Of a stretch of 54,785 nucleotides of DNA, positions 20,369 to 28,102 are shown one piece after another. How positions within the stretch are numbered: position 1 is the first letter of the stretch; every line of letters begins with the position of its first letter. This DNA comes from a virus (lineage: Duplodnaviria > Caudoviricetes), in IMG/VR virus record IMGVR_UViG_3300032241_002057, positions 1-54,785 of that record. One strand, given 5' to 3'. The notes below the pieces were generated by a model, which did no database searches, was not told the DNA's origin, and was given only the letters and a program-made list of their open reading frames with translations. A program made the translations under genes and the position numbers.

Positions 20369-23300
20369 TGCTATTAGTTATTCCTAAGACCGAATCGTTT
20401 AAACTTTGAACAATTTGTACGTTATTAACCGTTGCACAACTAATTGGTATTTGATCCGGACCGACTTGAATTTCAAATAAATCGCCAAATACAGCCTGTG
20501 CACTTATTGGCCTCATTACAATCGAACCTATTATTGTTGCAAGATTTTGATGTACATATGCAGCCATTTCTGTAAAGAAAAAACTATCACCAAAATCCCA
20601 ATTGCTAAGTGCAAAATATTGATTTATTGATTGTATAACCAAACTTTGTATTTGATTGTTTGTAAATGTGGTTCCTGGCACTGGTACAACAAGAAAATTT
20701 GCCTGTAATTCAGGCGCTGCTTGCGGCCCGAACAACAATACATAGGTCACTGGATGCCATACCATTTGATCTGTCATCATAGCATATTGATCTAAATTAC
20801 TAAAATTGGCTGCAAGTTGTGCACTGGTCTCTGGTACCGGTAATGTTGATAAACTTCCGTTGGTAGCAATCCAGTTTCTAAGGTTTGTATCGTATGCAGA
20901 TGTTAAAACGTACATATCTATTACGTTTGTAACAGCAGGATTAATTCTTTGGTCAGTCGGTGCATAATGTACCCATAAGAAGCTTAGATTATTACGACCG
21001 ATTCTAATTTTATAATTAGAGGTTACATCTACGAGTGTTCCAACTACTTCAGCTGAAATACTTTGATATTGATACATAATACCTTGACCAAATGTTTGAT
21101 TGGTTATATAAACTATTTTTCCTGGAGTCCAATATGTGTTGATCACAGTTTGGCCATTGATTATAACAGTGATCGGCGGCAATTGGTTTACATTTTGAAA
21201 TATTTGTGTTAGTGGTATTTGTATAGGTTGCCAATATTGGTATCCACTGGAATCGGTAGTATTAACCCAAAATAATAACAGTTGTGGTGTGTAACTTGGA
21301 TTTACTACCTCGTTATACTCTGTTGGATCATTTGGTACGCCATAATTATTACTTTGCCACATGGTAACACGTACACTACTTGGATCAGTATAGCCGTCGG
21401 GGTCTATTTGTTGACCTATAATTTGCCACAAATAGTCTTGTCCTAACGATGGCGCTGGGTAAAAACTCAAAACAGCATTATATTGTGTTGATGTAGCTGC
21501 ATTATTTAATGTTATGGTATTACCCATAACATTTAATACAGTTGTTGCTACTGGTATACCAACACCTATGACAATTTGTCCTTGAGTAATGCCAATGGTC
21601 GAGTCAAGAGTTATTGTGTAGCTTCCTGTTGATAAAACAGGCGCAGTAGAAGTTACAATTTCGGTTTGACTATTCGAATTTGTACCTAATATATTTATAG
21701 AATCATAATTTGCTGACCCTGTATTAGGGTTAAATGATTTTTCAAAATTATCAAAATAAAATTGATTTTGCGATGCACTTTCGAAAATGTATCTAGATGC
21801 TCTGCTGTTAACGACCCATCCTGCACCGTTCCATGTTACCAGTAATAGCCAACTGTTGTCTTTATTTGTGTTACTAGTATCGCCTGCATATTGCATACTA
21901 AAAGTATCAGACGAATTGAGGTCTGCAGTTGGTATTACTATCCAAAAATCTAAAGTTCCTGAACTATTTGGTATACCAGCTTGTGCATAACGTATACCAA
22001 ATGTTGTTTGCAATGCCATTGCTGCTGCAATAGAATTAACTGATGTAGGAGTTAATGTAGTATTGAATTCTGGTATAATTTGTATAGGAATATCATTACT
22101 AGCAACTGGAATACTCAATGTAATAGCTCCAGGCCCTGCATTTGGTCCAACTGTTATACCGTTGGTAGAGCCTGTTAAATTTATACCGGTTCCGTTTCCA
22201 ATAATACCTACAACCGATGCATATATTCCGCTGGCAAATTTGATTATCGAGCCTTTGTTTATGTACGCCAATACACTATTCACAGGGGCAGAATTACCAA
22301 CTTGAACTGCTACGTCTCCTACATAAAATGCTCCAGTACAAGTTTTAGTTGAGCTTGTAATACTGGTCCAGCTATATTCGCTTGGTATATTGATTGTTGG
22401 GTAGTAATAATAGTAAAATTGCTTTAATTCTGTAGCCGTTGTTTGATCGCCCAAACTACCATTTATCATAGGTTGTATTTGAGTATTGACTATGATTTGA
22501 TAATTTATTCCTGCATAATTTGATATTATATTGGTATTGAGGTCAGTTTCGCTGTAAAAAATACCGTCTGTGCAAACTACATTTAAATCATTATAATTGC
22601 CAGTAGGGTCGTTTATATTCAGATATCTACTTTGGCCACTATAAAATCTATTCACAGCTTTGACTTTGAGTATAGCAGCCTCTGATAATGGGAACAAATT
22701 GTAATCCTCGCCGTTCGCCATTCTATCTTGCGTGTAGTAAGTTTGAGGAGCATTCAACGCTATTTGTTGGTCAGGTTCACCGGCTTGCGCATTTGTAACG
22801 GTATATTGAAGATTTACCGCGAAAGCAACGTTCCAAATATTGTTTAAATTATCTGCATAGCCAAATGCAAAAACTTGGTTTAAAATATCATTAGGGGTAA
22901 TTTGATATGTTAAATTATTACTGACTCTGTACCACACACGAACAATTCCAACAGGTACATTACCAAATGTACCGTCAGCAAACCTTATGCTTATTTGGTC
23001 GTTCCCTGCAACGTTTCTGCTTATTACACTGTATATATTGCGTATGCTATTAGCTAGACTGTTATAGATAATGTTATTACCTACTACAGCCGGTACCTGC
23101 GTCCATTGACTAATAACAAGACCGTTATTATCTATAAGTTGCACCCAAACATCTGTTTGATTAACGTTATCTGCATTTACATCGATTATACGATTAGCTA
23201 TTGGTTGATCACATGCGTAATCTTGATATTGCATGGTCCCTTGCTTGAAGTAGAAAAAGAATCCGGTATTAGGGCTAGCGAACCCATTTCCGTCGTTTTG

Positions 23301-24050
23301 ATAAATTATACCCCAACTGTTTAACGGATTCGGCGATACCTCGTAAAATGATCCTGCATTAAGTAAATTGGTTGTTGTACCAGAATCAAAACTAACATTT
23401 ATTAATTCACAATTAATTGTGTTACCGGCTGCTGTTGCTATAAAAGGTAGAACACTGGTTGGTATAGATGTGTTATTCATTTCATAAAGTTGGGTTTGAA
23501 TACCGTTTACTACGCCAGACTGTGTTGGCTTACCAAATGTGTTGGTGCTGTTCAAAGTAGCATTCAATACCAAGATGAATTGCTCATACCAATTTGGGTT
23601 ATTTAGATCATTCCAATTGATTCGAATATTTTGAAGATTATTACCGTCAGCATCTATGATAGGTTGATCTGATATAATAGAAGTGATCTGAAGTAATCCG
23701 CTGGCTGGAATGCTGCGTTGCGGTTGATAAGATAGCATTCTAGCCAAACGGAATATGCTATCTCTGCGAGTAGCAGTTTCAATAAAATTTTCGCGAGTGT
23801 TTAGATCCATTCTAAACGCTAGACTTTGACCAAGATACGCTAGAAGATCAATTAATGCAACAAATTCGCTGCTTTCGATCCAATCAGTAAAATCCTCTGG
23901 ATAGTTGAGCCTAATGTAATTAATCATAGCTGTACGAATTGTAGAGAAATCGTATGCACTAAAATTTATTTGTGTATATGCAGTATAGATAACTTGCCAG
24001 TCTTGAGCAGCAAATAATTGGCTTTGTCTGACTTGTTGTGTAGTAGCCAT
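20361..24050 (-). CDS. baseplate wedge protein (gp6-like)
   Basis: YDFSTIR, ALIDLLAYLGQSLAFRMDLNTRENFIETA, IRFADGTFG, QDRMANGEDY. Confidence 0.85.
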   Translation of the reverse strand: MATTQQVRQSQLFAAQDWQVIYTAYTQINFSAYDFSTIRTAMINYIRLNYPEDFTDWIESSEFVALIDLLAYLGQSLAFRMDLNTRENFIETATRRDSIFRLARMLSYQPQRSIPASGLLQITSIISDQPIIDADGNNLQNIRINWNDLNNPNWYEQFILVLNATLNSTNTFGKPTQSGVVNGIQTQLYEMNNTSIPTSVLPFIATAAGNTINCELINVSFDSGTTTNLLNAGSFYEVSPNPLNSWGIIYQNDGNGFASPNTGFFFYFKQGTMQYQDYACDQPIANRIIDVNADNVNQTDVWVQLIDNNGLVISQWTQVPAVVGNNIIYNSLANSIRNIYSVISRNVAGNDQISIRFADGTFGNVPVGIVRVWYRVSNNLTYQITPNDILNQVFAFGYADNLNNIWNVAFAVNLQYTVTNAQAGEPDQQIALNAPQTYYTQDRMANGEDYNLFPLSEAAILKVKAVNRFYSGQSRYLNINDPTGNYNDLNVVCTDGIFYSETDLNTNIISNYAGINYQIIVNTQIQPMINGSLGDQTTATELKQFYYYYYPTINIPSEYSWTSITSSTKTCTGAFYVGDVAVQVGNSAPVNSVLAYINKGSIIKFASGIYASVVGIIGNGTGINLTGSTNGITVGPNAGPGAITLSIPVASNDIPIQIIPEFNTTLTPTSVNSIAAAMALQTTFGIRYAQAGIPNSSGTLDFWIVIPTADLNSSDTFSMQYAGDTSNTNKDNSWLLLVTWNGAGWVVNSRASRYIFESASQNQFYFDNFEKSFNPNTGSANYDSINILGTNSNSQTEIVTSTAPVLSTGSYTITLDSTIGITQGQIVIGVGIPVATTVLNVMGNTITLNNAATSTQYNAVLSFYPAPSLGQDYLWQIIGQQIDPDGYTDPSSVRVTMWQSNNYGVPNDPTEYNEVVNPSYTPQLLLFWVNTTDSSGYQYWQPIQIPLTQIFQNVNQLPPITVIINGQTVINTYWTPGKIVYITNQTFGQGIMYQYQSISAEVVGTLVDVTSNYKIRIGRNNLSFLWVHYAPTDQRINPAVTNVIDMYVLTSAYDTNLRNWIATNGSLSTLPVPETSAQLAANFSNLDQYAMMTDQMVWHPVTYVLLFGPQAAPELQANFLVVPVPGTTFTNNQIQSLVIQSINQYFALSNWDFGDSFFFTEMAAYVHQNLATIIGSIVMRPISAQAVFGDLFEIQVGPDQIPISCATVNNVQIVQSLNDSVLGITNSNG

Positions 24051-24064
24051 TAATACATTTCCTT

Positions 24065-24448
24065 TTAAGCCATTGCGGCACTTCGATTATCAAAATTTAT
24101 TTCAAACGTACCGATGGCCTGCCATGGCACGTAGAACAGAGTCATTTGAATACTGAGACCAAATTGTTGTTGTGTGACGTTAATTGACTGTAATTGTACC
24201 CTCGGATCATTATTAACGACTTGTTGAGCTTCTGATATGATCAAATCTCTGACTTGATCGATTGGTTCAAATAGATAATCCCACCCCCCAAAACCGTATC
24301 CGGGCATCATTACTCTTTCATTTTTTTTGGTGTAAAATTCATTCAACAGATCTTGATTAACGATCGCGATGTCGGCTAATTGCTGACTACCGAAGGTATT
24401 AACCGTCGAATAGCCGACGAACATATTTTTACTAGTTAAAGTTGCCAT
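24065..24448 (-). CDS. baseplate wedge subunit (gp25-like)
   Basis: ERVMMPGYG...LFEP...DPRV motif; likely start is the ATG at 24448, 5 nt after TAAATA. Confidence 0.85.
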   Translation of the reverse strand: MATLTSKNMFVGYSTVNTFGSQQLADIAIVNQDLLNEFYTKKNERVMMPGYGFGGWDYLFEPIDQVRDLIISEAQQVVNNDPRVQLQSINVTQQQFGLSIQMTLFYVPWQAIGTFEINFDNRSAAMA

Positions 24449-24487
24449 AATGGTATTTATGCAAGTCAAAGATGGTATTTTTGCATG

Positions 24488-24516
24488 TTGACTGATCAAA
24501 TATTTTATGTTACAGT
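24488..24516 (+). promoter_or_regulatory. sigma70-type promoter for the ACP island
   Basis: TTGACT-17-TACAGT with an extended TG. Confidence 0.55.
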
Positions 24517-24542
24517 TAATTCAGTTCTAAAAAGGATCGAAC

Positions 24543-24797
24543 ATGTCGACCATGACAGTCTATGATGTAATTATGGAGTATTTCAAAGAGAATTTTGACA
24601 CATCTCTTGAAATAACTTTAGAATCAAAATTAATAGAAGATTTGGGATGCGACAGTCTTGATGTTGTTGACTTAATTGTAAATTTAGAAAATAAATTAGA
24701 TCTTTCTGGAGAAAGTTTTGATTTAGCATTTGCATATGAAGCTGTTACAGTCGGAGATTTAATATCTGCTATCAAGAGAGAATATTCCATTGAATGA
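24543..24797 (+). CDS. acpP: acyl carrier protein
   Basis: Acidic 84 aa; DLGCDSLD phosphopantetheine attachment motif, TVGDL helix; AAGGA SD. Confidence 0.85.
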   Translation: MSTMTVYDVIMEYFKENFDTSLEITLESKLIEDLGCDSLDVVDLIVNLENKLDLSGESFDLAFAYEAVTVGDLISAIKREYSIE

Positions 24798-24807
24798 TAA
24801 AAAAGAT

Positions 24808-25257
24808 TTAGTTCTTCGCCGCGTAAGCCTGTTGTGTCTTTAGACCAACAGATAGGCGCAGCGTTCTCCCTTGATTGTTAATATATTGTTCGATAATTAA
24901 TCTGTCAACGTCGCCCACTGAACTAATAAATGAACTACGATTCCAAAATACATGTCGTTTCCAGAATTGCTTTCGCAGATCAGCTTCAAATTTATTCCAT
25001 AGTTCGTAACTGGTTTGTTGTTTAATTACCTTAACAATTTGACTCGGACTTATATCAGGTCTAGCAGATACTAGTATATGAATATGATCTTTGTCGTGAT
25101 TAATTGTATCTATTGAAAATTTATGTGAAGTAGTTAATTGATTTATAATAGATATTATAAAATCACCATAGGTATTCATTAGCGGTTTTCGATATTTTAT
25201 AGTCAATACAATGTGATATTTGATCGAATATATAGAATTTGTTGTTTTTTGATACAT
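24808..25257 (-). CDS. tnpA: Y1 HUH transposase TnpA
   Basis: YHIVLTIKYRK, DHIHIL (HUH), FWNRSSF, QYINNQ catalytic Tyr; likely start 25257. Confidence 0.92.
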   Translation of the reverse strand: MYQKTTNSIYSIKYHIVLTIKYRKPLMNTYGDFIISIINQLTTSHKFSIDTINHDKDHIHILVSARPDISPSQIVKVIKQQTSYELWNKFEADLRKQFWKRHVFWNRSSFISSVGDVDRLIIEQYINNQGRTLRLSVGLKTQQAYAAKN

Positions 25258-26568
25258 TAAAGTGCTCTTTTTGACATCTGAACTAAATATATTTATGACA
25301 ATGATTGCGTACAAATATCGTATCTATCCAACAGCAAAGCAAGAAGAACAGCTTGTTGGCTGGTTAGGACAACTGCGATTTGTATGGAATAAGCTACTAT
25401 CTGACAACCAAACCCAATACGCGGCAACCAAAACATTCGCATTTTTGTTTGAAATGAAGCGCAAATTACCTCAGATGAAGAAAGATTATAACTGGATTGA
25501 CGCTCCGTCACAAGCACTTCAGAATAAAGTGTTTGACCTAGATCAGGCGATGAAAAATTGCTTCAAATTTGGACGCGGGTTTCCGAAGTTCAAATCAAAA
25601 CACTATGATAACTCGGGTATTGAAATATCACAGGTTGCGCAAATAGACAAAGATACTAACCAAGTTACTTATAGACAAATTAGGTGGGATGACCAAACCA
25701 TAAGTATACCAAAACTTGGCAAAATGAAGTGGGTGTATCATAGACGAATTAAAGGTAGATTGCTATCAATTACAATCAAACGCGATGTAGACCAGTGGTA
25801 TGTATGTTGTTTGGCAAAACAAGAAGCAAATAAAAACAACGCAATAGTAGTTGATGAAAAAGATTGTGTTGGGTTAGATCTAGGCCTAAAGGATTTCTTC
25901 GTATCAAGCGATGGTCCAGTAGCACCAACACCAAAAATATATCGAAGTAAGCAAGAAAAACTAAAGCAAAGACAACGTAGGCTGTCACGAAAGAAGAAAG
26001 GCAGCGCAAATCGCAACAAAGCACGAATCAAAATTGCTCGGTTGCACAGAACTATAAGAAATACGCGACTAGATTGGCACCACAAATTAAGTAATTTGAT
26101 AGCCAAGAATTACTCCGTGGTACTGGTCGAAGACCTCAATATCAACGGGATGATTAAAAACAGGAAGCTGGCCAAGGCCATCCAAGATCAGGGCTGGGCT
26201 CAATTCGTTACACTGCTATCATATAAATTAGAATGGAATAATGGGTTGTTGCACAAGATTGATCGATGGGCTGCTAGCACTAAGACCTGTAACTGCTGCG
26301 GATCAAAGAAAACATTAACGTTAAGTGAAAGAACATATGTATGTTCCAATTGTGATAATGTGATGGATAGAGATCTAAATGCAGCAATCAACATCAAGAA
26401 TTGGGGAATAGACGACATCAATACCGCAGGAACTGCGGGAATTTACGCCTGTGGAGATACCGCTGTCGGGGATATATCACGTGAAATATCTAGACATGTA
26501 TCGTTTGAAACAGGAACCATTCCTTCGTTGGAAGGAAGCTGTTGGTCTTCAGACCAACAGTAGTTCAC
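24812..26568 (+). mobile_element. IS200/IS605-family element (divergent tnpA/tnpB)
   Basis: Left-end hairpin CTGTTGTGTC-TTTA-GACCAACAG at 24829-24851; right-end hairpin CTGTTGGTC-TTCA-GACCAACAG at 26539-26560; terminal TCAC at 26565-26568; preceded by TTAG. Confidence 0.9.
25295..26563 (+). CDS. tnpB: RNA-guided endonuclease TnpB
   Basis: AYKYRIYPT, FPKFKSK, RuvC GLDLG / VEDL / DRDLNAA all intact, Zn finger CNCC...CSNC; likely start 25295. Confidence 0.95.
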   Translation: MTMIAYKYRIYPTAKQEEQLVGWLGQLRFVWNKLLSDNQTQYAATKTFAFLFEMKRKLPQMKKDYNWIDAPSQALQNKVFDLDQAMKNCFKFGRGFPKFKSKHYDNSGIEISQVAQIDKDTNQVTYRQIRWDDQTISIPKLGKMKWVYHRRIKGRLLSITIKRDVDQWYVCCLAKQEANKNNAIVVDEKDCVGLDLGLKDFFVSSDGPVAPTPKIYRSKQEKLKQRQRRLSRKKKGSANRNKARIKIARLHRTIRNTRLDWHHKLSNLIAKNYSVVLVEDLNINGMIKNRKLAKAIQDQGWAQFVTLLSYKLEWNNGLLHKIDRWAASTKTCNCCGSKKTLTLSERTYVCSNCDNVMDRDLNAAINIKNWGIDDINTAGTAGIYACGDTAVGDISREISRHVSFETGTIPSLEGSCWSSDQQ

Positions 26569-26588
26569 TTGAACTAATAGCAATGGCT
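26400..26588 (+). ncRNA. putative omegaRNA (scaffold to 26568 plus flanking guide)
   Basis: Expected location overlapping the tnpB 3' end; hairpin CCGCAG-GAA-CTGCGG at 26424-26438 plus the right-end hairpin. 5' boundary is approximate. Confidence 0.65.
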
Positions 26589-26758
26589 ATATATTGTGAC
26601 AGTTACAGACAATACGGAACATGCAGCAACGATAATTGGAAAAAAACCAGTGAAACTCAGCGAGAATTTTGCCGAGGACAAGCCAAGGCTGCATTAGACG
26701 TGCTTAAACGCCATAATTTGCTAGTCCAATCTATTTTTTAAGAAGCTGTTTAAACCAA

Positions 26759-26787
26759 TTGACACTAGCTTGGCTACGTGCTAATAT
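26759..26787 (+). promoter_or_regulatory. sigma70-type promoter
   Basis: TTGACA-17-TAATAT with an extended TG. Confidence 0.6.
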
Positions 26788-26837
26788 GACCATGACAATT
26801 AGTAAATAATTGTAAAATTTTGAATTTAATTTAGGAT

Positions 26838-27134
26838 TTGGCAAAAATGGATTTGGATCAAAAAAATATGGACGAAACAATTAGATCTGCATTGATAGAT
26901 TTTTTTGTAGAGTCTCCTATAGCTCATGGTGAAATTTTTGACGATGGACGTAGATGGTGTACCTTTTGCCAATCACCGAGATTTACATGCGAACCAATCT
27001 CTGAAGATTTCTGGGCTGATAAAATGTGCTGGGCCTGTCAAAGCCTTTGGCCAGAATACATTGAAATGGTTGTGAATGGCATGATAACGGATGATGATTT
27101 TTCTGATACCATACCTACTATACTACTAAATTAA
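26838..27134 (+). CDS. small acidic putative Zn-binding protein
   Basis: CTFC and CWAC pairs; AGGA SD before the TTG start. Confidence 0.6.
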   Translation: MAKMDLDQKNMDETIRSALIDFFVESPIAHGEIFDDGRRWCTFCQSPRFTCEPISEDFWADKMCWACQSLWPEYIEMVVNGMITDDDFSDTIPTILLN

Positions 27135-27161
27135 TCAAATTTATGATATCCGTGCTAAGAA

Positions 27162-27191
27162 AACCGCGTGTTTTTTGGACACGCGGTTCTT
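27162..27191 (+). terminator. intrinsic terminator-like hairpin
   Basis: AACCGCGTGT / ACACGCGGTT 10-bp inverted repeat ending in TTCTT. Confidence 0.55.
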
Positions 27192-27206
27192 CATAAATAT
27201 GGTAGC

Positions 27207-28091
27207 ATGGCAGATATATGGATCCTTAGCAGGAAAAATGACGAAGAATATGAAAATCGTCGTCTTTTAGAATCATTTTCAACTCAAAATATCGATAGTA
27301 TATTAGTTCATCCAGACACCTTAGATTTAGTCGCGAATAGAAAAGATTTACCAAATGTTTGGTTAGATGGCAAACGAGTTGAAATGCCTAAAGCAGTTTT
27401 GGCTAGAACAGGTAGCGGATCGAATTATTTTTGTTTAGCCGCTATGAGACAACTAGAAAATATTGGCATACCAGTTATTAACTCTAGTGCAAGTATCAAT
27501 CGGGTTAAAGACAAATTAGAAACTAGTCAGCTTTTAGCTAGGCATGGTATTCCGATACCTAAAACCATGCTTGTACGATGGCCAATCAATGAGGATATAG
27601 TTGACAACGAAATTGGATGGCCGTGCGTGGTAAAGGTAATAACAGGGAGTCACGGTAAGGGAGTGTATCTTTGTAAAGATCGAAATAGTTTTGCAGAGCT
27701 TATGGAATTAATTAATAGTCTCAGTACCAATAAGAGTATAATTATACAAGAATATATAGGGTATAGAGTGGGAACTGATCTTCGTGTATGGGTCGTAGGA
27801 GGCAAGGTTATAGGAGCAATGCAGCGAACCTCTGCTAACGATTTTAGGGCTAATATATCAAACGGAGGCACAGGCGAGCCATATATTTTAACGCCTGAAA
27901 TCGAATTTATATCTCGAGAAACTGCTCGAATACTTGATTTAGACATAGCTGGCGTTGATTTATTGTTTGATAAAGACGGTTTCAAAGTTTGCGAAGCAAA
28001 CTCTAGCCCGCAATTTTTCGGCATCGAAACCTATTGCAATATGGATGCTGCTCGAGCAATAGTTGACTATATCAATTTTCGTATGTCCTGA
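27207..28091 (+). CDS. rimK: RimK-family ATP-grasp ligase
   Basis: DKLETSQLL, GIPIPKT, GSHGKGV, IQEYI, DLRVWVVG, FRANISNGG, GVDLL, CEANSSP; likely start 27207 after TAAATA. Confidence 0.9.
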   Translation: MADIWILSRKNDEEYENRRLLESFSTQNIDSILVHPDTLDLVANRKDLPNVWLDGKRVEMPKAVLARTGSGSNYFCLAAMRQLENIGIPVINSSASINRVKDKLETSQLLARHGIPIPKTMLVRWPINEDIVDNEIGWPCVVKVITGSHGKGVYLCKDRNSFAELMELINSLSTNKSIIIQEYIGYRVGTDLRVWVVGGKVIGAMQRTSANDFRANISNGGTGEPYILTPEIEFISRETARILDLDIAGVDLLFDKDGFKVCEANSSPQFFGIETYCNMDAARAIVDYINFRMS

Positions 28092-28102
28092 TAAGAACCT
28101 AG

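Larger units (their letters stand above)
24790..26741 (+). pseudogene. 64-aa gene interrupted by the IS605 element
   Basis: Joining 24790-24811 to 26569-26741 restores an in-frame ORF MNDKKDLVELIAMAIYCDSYRQYG...QSIF; its TTG start overlaps the end of the ACP gene. Confidence 0.65.

Noticed and set aside
24812-26568. IStron (group I intron-IS chimera)
   Set aside because: The element is fully occupied by tnpA and tnpB, leaving no room for an intron core.
26451-26741. 96-aa ORF as an independent gene
   Set aside because: Its first ~39 codons lie within the tnpB/omegaRNA end; the rest is the 3' part of the IS-split gene.
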